Virus record (IMG/VR): IMGVR_UViG_3300047400_000214 | Location: 1 to 24,025 of that record | Source: a virus | Taxonomy: Duplodnaviria > Caudoviricetes | Reading direction: 5' to 3' (one strand) | DNA length: 24,025 nt | Shown here: positions 1 to 7,991 of the stretch, in pieces | Layout of the letters: the number at the start of each line of letters is the position of its first letter | Position numbering within the stretch: the stretch's first letter is position 1 | Translations under genes and position numbers: made by a program | Notes under the pieces: generated by a model | The model's input: only the letters and a program-made list of their open reading frames with translations | What the model was told of the DNA's origin: nothing | Database searches by the model: none

Positions 1-356
1 ACATTACATAATACTTGAAGGTTATCTATCTCACAAAACAATCTTTCTACAAATCCTGGAAGATCATTAGCACATCTAAGAGTACCTGCCGGTATAATAT
101 GATCTACATTGATTTCTTTATCTGGATACCAGTCTTTACAAACATTACACTGATATTCAAACTTCTGTCTTTTATTTGGACCTTTATACTTTCTTTTAGC
201 AGCTAGTTTAGCTTGACTAATAGGTTTCCACCATCTAGATTTCTGTCTGAGAGCAGATCTTATAAAACTCCAGAAGGCAGCTTCTGTCATGCTACCAGCA
301 TTTCTAGTCTTAGGTGATGCATTCTTTCTAGGCTTTGCAGCTTTTTTCTTAGCCAT
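1..356 (-). CDS. HNH endonuclease (partial, runs off the left edge; absent from ORF track)
   Basis: Manual translation from ATG at 356: MAKKKAAKPRKNASPKTRNAGSMTEAAFWSFIRSALRQKSRWWKPISQAKLAAKRKYKGPNKRQKFEYQCNVCKDWYPDKEINVDHIIPAG...NLQVLCN. Contains CxxC, VDHIIP and NLQVLC HNH motifs; start overlaps the primase stop. Confidence 0.88.
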   Translation of the reverse strand, partial: MAKKKAAKPRKNASPKTRNAGSMTEAAFWSFIRSALRQKSRWWKPISQAKLAAKRKYKGPNKRQKFEYQCNVCKDWYPDKEINVDHIIPAGTLRCANDLPGFVERLFCEIDNLQVLCN

Positions 357-1320
357 TGTTCAATTTTTTATCTAAGATAGGAACTAATCTGTTAAAAACT
401 TCTTTAGCTCCAAAATCTTTTATGCTGTCTGATACATCTTTACTCATAGGAAGAACAGCAATTTCTATAAAAGGATACTTTTCTTTATAAGTCTTCATAG
501 ACTTTATACCGGCTTCATCATTATCAAATAAAAGAACAATCTTTTTATACTTTTTCTGAAGCTGTTTTATAAACTCTTCTTTCAACATAGTGTTTTCACT
601 ATCAGGAGCAATCACATCTATATTAAGCTTCAATGACTTAATAGACATTACATCTTTAAGACTAGAAGTGATGATGAGATGTGGATGCTTACCCACTTGC
701 TCCCAGCCCTGGATATAACTATTCACTTTAATAAACTTCTTATCAAGAGTTTTAGGCTGATAAATCTTATACAGGGTACCATCTTCTTTAAAATAACCAT
801 AGAGATAAAGTCCTTTGATACAAAGTTCTTTATCTTCATTAGTCATTTTGTAACTTTCTAAAGGCCTAATATGATGAGCCTCAAGTAGTTTAGATCCAAT
901 ATTAAACTGAGTCCAGAAATATTGATCTTGTGTGGTCCATTTTCTAGTTTTATAAGTGGTCACTCTATATCTAGACTGTAATTTAAATTCTCCTACATCA
1001 TAGCCTCCATTATTATGCAATACAAAATCATTATAAGTTTCTATAATTAACTGACATGCTTTATGAAATGGAAGTTGATGAATATCTTTAACTAAGTCTA
1101 CAGCCGATCCTCCCTTACCTGTAGAGAAATCTTTATACTTATAGGTATTATTCTTATCGGTATAAATACACATACTAGGAGTACGTTCACTAGGATTAAA
1201 CAGAGATTTAATCTTTACATCTTGACCTGTAAGCTTTTGTCTAAGTTTACAGAAATGCTGAAACATCCATGGTATAGGAACATCTTTTATATTGTGTACT
1301 AAATTCTTTGTTTTAAACAT
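349..1320 (-). CDS. DnaG-type (Toprim) DNA primase
   Basis: N-terminal ZBD-like ERTPS...KDFSTGKGG; Toprim LLFDNDEAG and KDVSD motifs; in an operon with the helicase. ATG at 1320 preferred to 1359, which lies inside the terminator hairpin. Confidence 0.85.
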   Translation of the reverse strand: MFKTKNLVHNIKDVPIPWMFQHFCKLRQKLTGQDVKIKSLFNPSERTPSMCIYTDKNNTYKYKDFSTGKGGSAVDLVKDIHQLPFHKACQLIIETYNDFVLHNNGGYDVGEFKLQSRYRVTTYKTRKWTTQDQYFWTQFNIGSKLLEAHHIRPLESYKMTNEDKELCIKGLYLYGYFKEDGTLYKIYQPKTLDKKFIKVNSYIQGWEQVGKHPHLIITSSLKDVMSIKSLKLNIDVIAPDSENTMLKEEFIKQLQKKYKKIVLLFDNDEAGIKSMKTYKEKYPFIEIAVLPMSKDVSDSIKDFGAKEVFNRLVPILDKKLNNG

Positions 1321-1332
1321 AATTATAGATTT

Positions 1333-1366
1333 AAAAAAAGAGGGGGCAAGTAGAAACAAGCCCCCG
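1333..1366 (-). terminator. Intrinsic terminator between SSB-like gene and primase
   Basis: Minus strand GGGGGC-N12-GCCCCC followed by TCTTTTTTT; a GC stem in an AT-rich intergenic gap. Confidence 0.7.
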
Positions 1367-1391
1367 TATTACTCAAAATTGAAACCTAAAA

Positions 1392-2015
1392 TCAAATATT
1401 AAAATCATTATTTATTGGCTCAAATCCACTAACTGCTTTGTTAGCAAATGGAACATAATGATACTTGTTAGTTTTATCAAACTTATTTAGTTTGGTCTCA
1501 TCCATAGAGCAAAGTTTAAACTTAGGAAGAGAAAGTCTAACAATGATTTTTCCATTATACTCATCTTCTTTACCAACAAGGAACCAATACATGTCATGTC
1601 CTTTAAGGATATTAACAGCAGCATCCACCCATTGTTCAATAGATTTAATAGAACCATCACCAGAAAGAGCATCTACTTCTCTTCTAAGACCAAGCTCATT
1701 TGAAATGATAAGAACTTTATTTAAGATGTCATTCTTAGTAACATCATCACTATTATACTCTTTGGTATAAATAGTTGCACTAACCTTTGCAGATTGTCCT
1801 TTGAACTTTGGTCCTTCAGGATTTTCTCTATCAATTGCCCAACCTTCAAAGTTGACAATAGATGGTCCTTCTAATACCAATTCTAAAGCTTTAGATCCTG
1901 TTGAAGCAGTTCTTACATTTGCACTGTGGATGTGTGCATAAACTACTCCTGGTTCAAACGTCTTGTTTAAACCTCCACCTGATTGTGTGACTTCTTGTCC
2001 TTCTGTTTTGAACAT
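1392..2015 (-). CDS. Putative single-stranded DNA-binding protein
   Basis: FEPGVVYAHI...SKALELVLEG beta-rich N-terminus, aromatic/acidic tail (GFEPINNDFNI), directly downstream of a Sak4-like ATPase, the usual pairing. Confidence 0.55.
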   Translation of the reverse strand: MFKTEGQEVTQSGGGLNKTFEPGVVYAHIHSANVRTASTGSKALELVLEGPSIVNFEGWAIDRENPEGPKFKGQSAKVSATIYTKEYNSDDVTKNDILNKVLIISNELGLRREVDALSGDGSIKSIEQWVDAAVNILKGHDMYWFLVGKEDEYNGKIIVRLSLPKFKLCSMDETKLNKFDKTNKYHYVPFANKAVSGFEPINNDFNI

Positions 2016-2050
2016 GTCTTTGTGTTTTTTAATTAATAAATGAGTGAAAA

Positions 2051-2731
2051 TTATTCATAGTCCTTCATACATTTGATTACATAATTTAAATCATTAGGAA
2101 TTTCAAAAGATTCAAACATTCCTCTTGGTGATTTACATGTATTATCTCCTGTAGTCTGGGTTTCAAATATATATCTAATCTCTCCTTCTTTGTTCTTTTT
2201 AACTTTACCAAACAAAACTACGGAAAATAATCCTTCTAAGGTTAACTTTTCATCAACCATTTTACCAATAGTCTTTGCTTTGAATTTACGTTTACCTTCT
2301 ACATCAGTACCTTCTTCAGCATGTGTAAGAAAAACAACCGTTAAATCATCTCTCAGATCTTTAGGCATTTTTGATATACGTGCTAAGTGTGCACCTATAG
2401 AAGTAAACTTCTCATAGCCTTTCTCGTTAGCTTTGTCAAAGAACTCAAATGATGACATGTATTGAAAGTCATCAACAATTAGATTTTTAATTTCTAACCT
2501 TTTTTCACTAACATACTTAATACAAGCTTCTATGTTTTCAGGGGTGGCTTTGTCATACATATTACCTGTAGGATTATCCTTGCTCCAGATAGTGTACTTT
2601 TTTTTCCATCCCTTAAATGGAAGAGGCTTGTTAGCCACATTAATAATAAAGGTTTCTTTAGGGTTGAGAGCCTCAATACTGGTTGATTTACCAGCACCAC
2701 TCTCTGCAATAATTAATACTCCTTGTGCCAT
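2051..2731 (-). CDS. AAA_24 / Sak4-like P-loop ATPase (single-strand annealing recombinase)
   Basis: Walker A AESGAGKST, Walker B LIVDDFQY, FLTH, KTIGKMVD, CKSPRGMF; 226 aa. Confidence 0.8.
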   Translation of the reverse strand: MAQGVLIIAESGAGKSTSIEALNPKETFIINVANKPLPFKGWKKKYTIWSKDNPTGNMYDKATPENIEACIKYVSEKRLEIKNLIVDDFQYMSSFEFFDKANEKGYEKFTSIGAHLARISKMPKDLRDDLTVVFLTHAEEGTDVEGKRKFKAKTIGKMVDEKLTLEGLFSVVLFGKVKKNKEGEIRYIFETQTTGDNTCKSPRGMFESFEIPNDLNYVIKCMKDYE

Positions 2732-2741
2732 ATGTGATTGT

Positions 2742-3329
2742 TTATTTGTTTTTAATTAAATCATTTAACCAAAGTTTAGCACTCACAGGCTTACCTGTAT
2801 GTATAGCATAATAATCTCTTATAGTCATATCACTATAAGGTGCATCTTCCATAGGAGAAGGAGCTTTAGGAACAGAAGCCATTATTTCTTGAGCTTTCTG
2901 TGTAACCTTGAAAACTTCTTTCTCTTCTATACCTGTAAATGCTGACAATTTACTAATGGCAACAGAACTTCTGTGCACCACTTTTAATTCTTCTAAAGGA
3001 ACTAAATATGAACCTTTTGCATTTAGTTCATACTCTTCTTCAAAAGAAGGATGGTAGGGCACTCTGTAAACTTTTCTTTCTGGATCCACTGGATTTAAAT
3101 CTGAGTCAATAAGCTCAAAGAAAAATCCTTTTGGTTTTTTAAATTCTGATGAAAAGATTCCTACTACAAGTCTTCCTTGTTCATCTCTGAACTGAGACTT
3201 CATGTTAAAATCATAGATGGTAATTCCTAAGTCTTCAATAAGACTAGCATTATAATCTCTGATTTCTTTTGTTTTTTTAGCCTTGTAGGCAGTCCTCTCT
3301 TCAGGGGACATTTTGTGCATGATACTCAT
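2742..3329 (-). CDS. Hypothetical phage protein
   Basis: 195-aa ORF tightly packed in the operon with an A-rich start; C-terminal DMTIRDYYAI resembles the common phage MTLRDYFA motif. Confidence 0.75.
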   Translation of the reverse strand: MSIMHKMSPEERTAYKAKKTKEIRDYNASLIEDLGITIYDFNMKSQFRDEQGRLVVGIFSSEFKKPKGFFFELIDSDLNPVDPERKVYRVPYHPSFEEEYELNAKGSYLVPLEELKVVHRSSVAISKLSAFTGIEEKEVFKVTQKAQEIMASVPKAPSPMEDAPYSDMTIRDYYAIHTGKPVSAKLWLNDLIKNK

Positions 3330-3340
3330 TGTTTTTTGTT

Positions 3341-4390
3341 TTATGGTGTTTGTTGATTTTGAAATCTATTAGCAGTTCTTCTAACTGGGGGAGCACCTGT
3401 TGGATTAGCACCCTGTGGTTCAGGAACTTCATATGCAGTTTGTTTAGGGAAATCAGCTTTCATAAAAAGTAGATTTCTATTATCATTTGCATTTCTGTTC
3501 TTAAGGATATGTACAAATATATCATCTGATGTAGTGGGGTATTCCTTATTACCATAAGATAGTATATCTGATTTAAAAGGTCTGTTTAATACTACTACCA
3601 TATCAGAACCTTGCTGTAAAGCATCACCACCAAATATATCACTACTAGTGGGATAGTTACCTAATGTACCTGGAAGTTTTCTATTTGGTTCATCAATACT
3701 TCTATTAAGCTGAGATATCATAAGAACAATAATAGGAAGCTTATTCTTTACATTCATTAGCATTTCCACTGTATTATATAAAGTGTTTAGCTTTTCTCTT
3801 TCTTTAAAGTCTTGCTTAATCAGCCAGCTATGATCAATAGTAACAACCAAAGGTTTGCCTCCTAGTCCTTCATAAACCACTTTAATAGCCTCCTCCATCT
3901 GCTTCACTGTAACAGGATTATTAATCTGAGTTCTATGTGTACCTAATAATCTAAGAGTCTTCACTTCATTTATATACCTTTCCATTTGTCTTATGGCAAA
4001 GTCATCTATTTGTTTATTAGTGCTTAACACTTGATTATAATCTAGTCCTGTCTGAGCAACAAAGTCTCTAGTGGATGTTTGTTTAGCACCCATCTCAAAT
4101 TGAAATTCTAAAATATTAAAATCTTGAAAAGGATTATTTACTTTAGACTCTCTAAGAATTTGACTGACAAACATAGTCTTACCAGCACCCGGTCTAGCAC
4201 CTATAGTTAACATACTTCCCCATTCTAATCCTCCTATACCAAGATCATTAAATCCTTTCCAAGGCAACATGAAAGATTTAATCTTACCTGCTTGCCTATC
4301 TTTAACGTATTGTAAACCTTCTTGTAAGATTTCATCATAAGTCCTTATACCAAAGGGACGTTCATTAAGTGGGAGGGTTAGTATATTCAT
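3341..4390 (-). CDS. dnaB: DnaB-family (SF4) replicative helicase, motor domain only
   Basis: Walker A GARPGAGKT, H1a FQFEM, H2 VTIDH, H3 ISQLNR, H4 region SDIFGGDALQQGSD, ILKNR. Confidence 0.9.
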   Translation of the reverse strand: MNILTLPLNERPFGIRTYDEILQEGLQYVKDRQAGKIKSFMLPWKGFNDLGIGGLEWGSMLTIGARPGAGKTMFVSQILRESKVNNPFQDFNILEFQFEMGAKQTSTRDFVAQTGLDYNQVLSTNKQIDDFAIRQMERYINEVKTLRLLGTHRTQINNPVTVKQMEEAIKVVYEGLGGKPLVVTIDHSWLIKQDFKEREKLNTLYNTVEMLMNVKNKLPIIVLMISQLNRSIDEPNRKLPGTLGNYPTSSDIFGGDALQQGSDMVVVLNRPFKSDILSYGNKEYPTTSDDIFVHILKNRNANDNRNLLFMKADFPKQTAYEVPEPQGANPTGAPPVRRTANRFQNQQTP

Positions 4391-4391
4391 T

Positions 4392-4574
4392 TTAGATGTT
4401 CAATTTTAGTTTTGTAAATTTAAATAATTTTATTGAAATAACCAAAATTATTTCAATAAAAATGTACTGAGAAATAGATAGAGTAGTAACAAACTTATCT
4501 ATCAATAACCAATTGAGAAGACTAAAACAAACACCTAATATAAAACCATGAATAATTTTTTCTAATAGTGTCAT
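4392..4574 (-). CDS. Small two-TM membrane protein
   Basis: 60 aa, two hydrophobic stretches and a basic tail; fills the gap between neighbours with 1-2 nt spacing. Confidence 0.65.
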   Translation of the reverse strand: MTLLEKIIHGFILGVCFSLLNWLLIDKFVTTLSISQYIFIEIILVISIKLFKFTKLKLNI

Positions 4575-4576
4575 AA

Positions 4577-5161
4577 TTATGTATTATCATTTAATAAATC
4601 AGGATTATCTATAATTTGCTGACAGTAATCAGCAAGCTTTGACATAGTTTCTTTTGTTACAGGATTAGTTTTCTTTATAAAATAACTACTAGTGGCCATA
4701 TACAAATAGTTCTTACGTTTAAAAACTTCATTATAATAGTCTGTAGCATCTAATACAAGATCCCAATCATATTCTGGATGTGTTTTAAAGAACCACACAA
4801 ACTTATCTTTTAATTCATTTACTGACTGCCGGGCAAGCTCACCAGAAGGTAATCTTTTACTGGGCCAGATATTTCTATACTCATTGATACGTTCATTCAT
4901 ATCAGTTCCTAACACTTCACTTGCCACTTTCTTTTTAGTTTTAACTATATAAGTGTCAAGCTCATCAAGAATAGTGAAAGCTTTTTCTGTAAGTTTACCT
5001 TCTGCATTTATAAGTCCTTTTTTTTCAGCTATTATTCTTTCTGCATCTACATTAATTAATGTTTTAGAAGGTATGATGTTATCTTTACAACAATCAAGAA
5101 AGTAGGTTAGATTAGGACTCAAGTTCCACTTCAGTGAGGTGGTCCATAATTGATGGCTCAT
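4577..5161 (-). CDS. Hypothetical protein, possible replication initiator/helicase loader
   Basis: 194-aa ORF; GLINAEGKLTEKA resembles a winged-helix wing; lies between the DnaA-like gene and the helicase. Function inferred from position only. Confidence 0.6.
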   Translation of the reverse strand: MSHQLWTTSLKWNLSPNLTYFLDCCKDNIIPSKTLINVDAERIIAEKKGLINAEGKLTEKAFTILDELDTYIVKTKKKVASEVLGTDMNERINEYRNIWPSKRLPSGELARQSVNELKDKFVWFFKTHPEYDWDLVLDATDYYNEVFKRKNYLYMATSSYFIKKTNPVTKETMSKLADYCQQIIDNPDLLNDNT

Positions 5162-5588
5162 AGTTTAGTTTTATATAGTTGATAATTTTATAATACTTAT
5201 CTCTAAAAGAATCAGATGTTTCATATAAATTTCTGAAGGTAGTGAGCCCATGCAGTACAGATGTATGATCCATTTGTATAGATCTTCCTATAGTTACTAC
5301 ATTGTATTTCATACATCTAGCTATAAAAAAGTAAATAAATCTTAGCTCCACTATATATCTAGATCTGTTTCTTGCTGGAAGCTTTAGCTTCTTACCATAC
5401 TGTGTAGGAAGAAAAGGTTCAAAATAGCTTTGAAGAGTTTCTAAACTAATCACTTTAATATCCTCCTTATTATACATAGTATTATTTTTTGTAATAACTG
5501 TGGGATAATAATTCATAGTGTCATAAAACTGCTCCATAAAGTTTTTAACCAATTCTTTTTCTGTAGTTGATTTTTCTTGTTCTGTCAT
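5112..5588 (-). CDS. DnaA C-terminal (domain IV)-like HTH DNA-binding protein
   Basis: RNRSRYIVELRFIYFFIAR...IGRSIQMDHTSVLHG matches the DnaA domain IV pattern (R.R.I...R..AMYL.R...IG..F..RDHTTVLHA); no AAA+ domain. Confidence 0.75.
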   Translation of the reverse strand: MTEQEKSTTEKELVKNFMEQFYDTMNYYPTVITKNNTMYNKEDIKVISLETLQSYFEPFLPTQYGKKLKLPARNRSRYIVELRFIYFFIARCMKYNVVTIGRSIQMDHTSVLHGLTTFRNLYETSDSFRDKYYKIINYIKLNYEPSIMDHLTEVELES

Positions 5589-5611
5589 AATTTTTAGGTG
5601 GTTTTTGTATT

Positions 5612-5632
5612 TTTTCGTATATTATATTGTAT
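5612..5632 (+). promoter_or_regulatory. Candidate phage late promoter motif, copy 1
   Basis: TTTTCGTATATTATATTGTAT; 19/21 identical to 19318-19338; both are intergenic and precede + strand genes. Confidence 0.5.
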
Positions 5633-5644
5633 AGAAAAGGGCAT

Positions 5645-5652
5645 CAAAGTTA
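5645..5652 (-). promoter_or_regulatory. Bacteroidota sigma-A -7 element for the leftward replication operon
   Basis: Minus strand TAACTTTG fits TAnnTTTG, about 57 nt upstream of ATG 5588; no clean TTG -33 element. Confidence 0.5.
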
Positions 5653-5707
5653 ATGCTTTTTCTTGAAAAATCTATTTATTTATGTAATTTTTTCAATTTT
5701 TTTGGAC

Positions 5708-6058
5708 ATGAGTGGAATACCCAATCCTAAAAATAGTGTAGGAAATGCTATCAAAATTTATCTTTTCCCTGCACTAGTGACCATTTTAGCCACCCTTATT
5801 TGGAGGGATGTAACAGAGATGAGAGCAGATGTAAAAGCTCTTTTAGCCCAGTCAAATATAGACAAGACTGACATTCAGAACCTCAAAAGAGATGTCCAGA
5901 TGCTAGACCAGGCTGTATTTAGTAAAAAAATAATAGCTCAATTAGAGTCTAAAAATACAGAAGATAATAAAAAACTTCCATATAATGTAGTGGTTTATAG
6001 AGATGAGTTTTATAAACCAGAGGAAGAATATGATGTTACTAAATATTTAAAATCTTAA
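5708..6058 (+). CDS. Single-TM coiled-coil membrane protein (holin/antiholin-like)
   Basis: ATG at 5708; TM IYLFPALVTILATLIW followed by a heptad-like segment; first gene of the lysis region. Confidence 0.6.
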   Translation: MSGIPNPKNSVGNAIKIYLFPALVTILATLIWRDVTEMRADVKALLAQSNIDKTDIQNLKRDVQMLDQAVFSKKIIAQLESKNTEDNKKLPYNVVVYRDEFYKPEEEYDVTKYLKS

Positions 6059-6062
6059 TAAA

Positions 6063-6440
6063 ATGGCACAATATCCACAAGGTATATTTCAAAGTTTACA
6101 ATGGTTAATGAAGAAAGTAAAAATACTTGCTCTTCAAAAAGAACCAACATATATTATTGATTTAACAAATGCTCCATATACAATGCCAGGGAGAGGAATA
6201 TATTTTATTAGTTCTGCTAGTAATTCTAATCAAATTACTTTTCCAAATCCAGAATTTTGTAATGGAGAGTCTATTACTGTTTTTAATGAAGGAGGGCAAT
6301 CTCAATCTATAAATACTAGTATAAATTGTCCAAAAGAATTAGATGGGAGTAATTTTAGCAGTGCTTTTGATTCTGCTTCATATTATGAATTTAAATCTAT
6401 TAATGGTAATTGGTTAACAACGTCTTATAGAAATATTTAA
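6063..6440 (+). CDS. Hypothetical virion-type beta-domain protein
   Basis: ITFP...G..ITV.N...LDG...F.S.NG.W pattern shared with the C-terminus of 10831-11604. Confidence 0.6.
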   Translation: MAQYPQGIFQSLQWLMKKVKILALQKEPTYIIDLTNAPYTMPGRGIYFISSASNSNQITFPNPEFCNGESITVFNEGGQSQSINTSINCPKELDGSNFSSAFDSASYYEFKSINGNWLTTSYRNI

Positions 6441-6451
6441 AATTTAAATAT

Positions 6452-6655
6452 ATGAAATTTACACTTAAAGGTTATTGGGAACCCACTCCTAAAGGAATAA
6501 GAAAAATAGCTGATAGTGTATTAGCTGGAGCTACAATTAGTGGAACATTTGCAGCTATGAATGAACATCCTAAATTAGCTACAGGTGTGATGATTATTGC
6601 TGTTATTGCTAAAATATTATCAAACTTTTTTACTGATGATAGTCAAGGATCTTAA
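6452..6655 (+). CDS. Putative holin (2 TM)
   Basis: 67 aa; PTPKGIRKIAD followed by two hydrophobic helices; overlaps the spanin-like gene. Confidence 0.6.
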   Translation: MKFTLKGYWEPTPKGIRKIADSVLAGATISGTFAAMNEHPKLATGVMIIAVIAKILSNFFTDDSQGS

Positions 6656-7271
6656 AAAAATAAGTATATCAGAACTAGCTGTACTGGTTCTATTAGTTAT
6701 TATACTTCTACAAAGATGTGGTGGAGGTAAACCTATTAAAGAAGTTCCTAAAATAGTTAGAGATACAGTTTGGGTTACTAATACAGGAACTAGTATAACT
6801 AAACCCACAGTTACTAATACAGTTCCTTATGCTGTACCTATTGATAGATGGAACACAGAATATCTACCGGATACATCTAGTATGTCTAAGCTTGTTAAGC
6901 AGTATGAAGAGTTAGTTAAGAAATTCTTATCTACTAATATACAGGAGGATAGTGTAAAGATTGATAGTATAGGACATATATATATCACAGACTCAGTGAC
7001 TAGTAATATAGTTAAGAATAGAAATGTTACTTGGAATTTGAAGTATCCACAAATAACAACTACTATTACTATTCCTGAACCTAAAAAAACTCAGTGGTAT
7101 TATGGAATTAGTATACAGGGTGAGCAGGGTAATCTTATAAGTGAGATTAATGGTAATCTTCTTATAAAAAATAAGAAAGATAAAATGTTTGGAGGATATA
7201 TAGGAATTGATGAAGTTGGTAAATTTCAGTTAGGTGTATCTACTTTTTGGAAAATTAAAATTAAAAAATGA
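6636..7271 (+). CDS. Spanin-like envelope protein
   Basis: ATG at 6636; N-terminal hydrophobic helix ending LLQRC; VRDTVWV, DTS and DSV motifs; C-terminal amphipathic beta strands ending GVSTFWKIK; lysis context. Confidence 0.55.
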   Translation: MIVKDLKKISISELAVLVLLVIILLQRCGGGKPIKEVPKIVRDTVWVTNTGTSITKPTVTNTVPYAVPIDRWNTEYLPDTSSMSKLVKQYEELVKKFLSTNIQEDSVKIDSIGHIYITDSVTSNIVKNRNVTWNLKYPQITTTITIPEPKKTQWYYGISIQGEQGNLISEINGNLLIKNKKDKMFGGYIGIDEVGKFQLGVSTFWKIKIKK

Positions 7272-7690
7272 ACTGGAAAGAATTTGGTCAAGGCTTATCT
7301 GATAAAGTGGCTGGTTTCGTAGGAAGCTGGCAATTTATTATATGGCAAACTGTAATTCTTTTAATATGGATGTATATTAATGTAGAACAATTAGTTCACT
7401 TTGATCCCTATCCCTTTATACTAATGAACTTATTATTATCATCCCAGGCAGCTTATGCTACACCTATGATACTTATGAGCTCTAATAGACAAGCTTCTAG
7501 AGATAGAGAAGAGCTTATTAAAGATCTTAAAGTGGATGAGAATACTAATGAGCTTATTAAAGAGCTTCATGTAGCTATAGCTAGAATAGAAGAAGATCTT
7601 AAAATTGATAGACAAGCTTTAAAAGATCATGCTGAAATATTAGCAGAACTTAAAAAACTTAAATCACCAAAAAAAGTAAAAAATGTTTAG
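7268..7690 (+). CDS. DUF1003-family membrane protein
   Basis: SDKVAGFVGSWQFI...FDPYPFILMNLLLS.QAAYATPMILMSSNRQ is the DUF1003 signature; ATGA overlap with the upstream gene. Confidence 0.85.
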   Translation: MNWKEFGQGLSDKVAGFVGSWQFIIWQTVILLIWMYINVEQLVHFDPYPFILMNLLLSSQAAYATPMILMSSNRQASRDREELIKDLKVDENTNELIKELHVAIARIEEDLKIDRQALKDHAEILAELKKLKSPKKVKNV

Positions 7691-7988
7691 TAGTCCGTAT
7701 TTATGGGTGATGATAATGGCTGTTATTATGGGAATGGCTTTTATTATGTTCTGTGTATATTATGTAAACAAGCTATTTGTAAATCACACTAAAGAAATAC
7801 TAGTTAGATTTATACTATTAGTATTTGCTTCTTTAGTAGGAGTATTTATAGTGGATAAGGTGATTGCATTTAAAATAAATCTCTTATCTGATGAACAGAA
7901 TAATCAGCTGTTTGACTTAATTAAAACATTAACTCTTATGATATTTTCATACTATTTTGGTACACAAAAATCTGAGAAAAAAGAATAA
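7683..7988 (+). CDS. Putative holin (3 TM)
   Basis: Three hydrophobic segments, terminal SYYFGTQKSEKKE charged tail, immediately upstream of the endolysin. Confidence 0.6.
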   Translation: MFSSPYLWVMIMAVIMGMAFIMFCVYYVNKLFVNHTKEILVRFILLVFASLVGVFIVDKVIAFKINLLSDEQNNQLFDLIKTLTLMIFSYYFGTQKSEKKE

Positions 7989-7991
7989 TAT

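Noticed and set aside
15-2759. Plus-strand ORFs 15-206, 679-861, 1465-1770, 2190-2417, 2532-2759 and nested minus ORF 1487-1672
   Set aside because: Shadows of well-supported minus-strand genes, with no recognisable motifs.
5112-5588. Calling this gene dnaA
   Set aside because: Only a domain IV-like region is present; there is no AAA+ domain.
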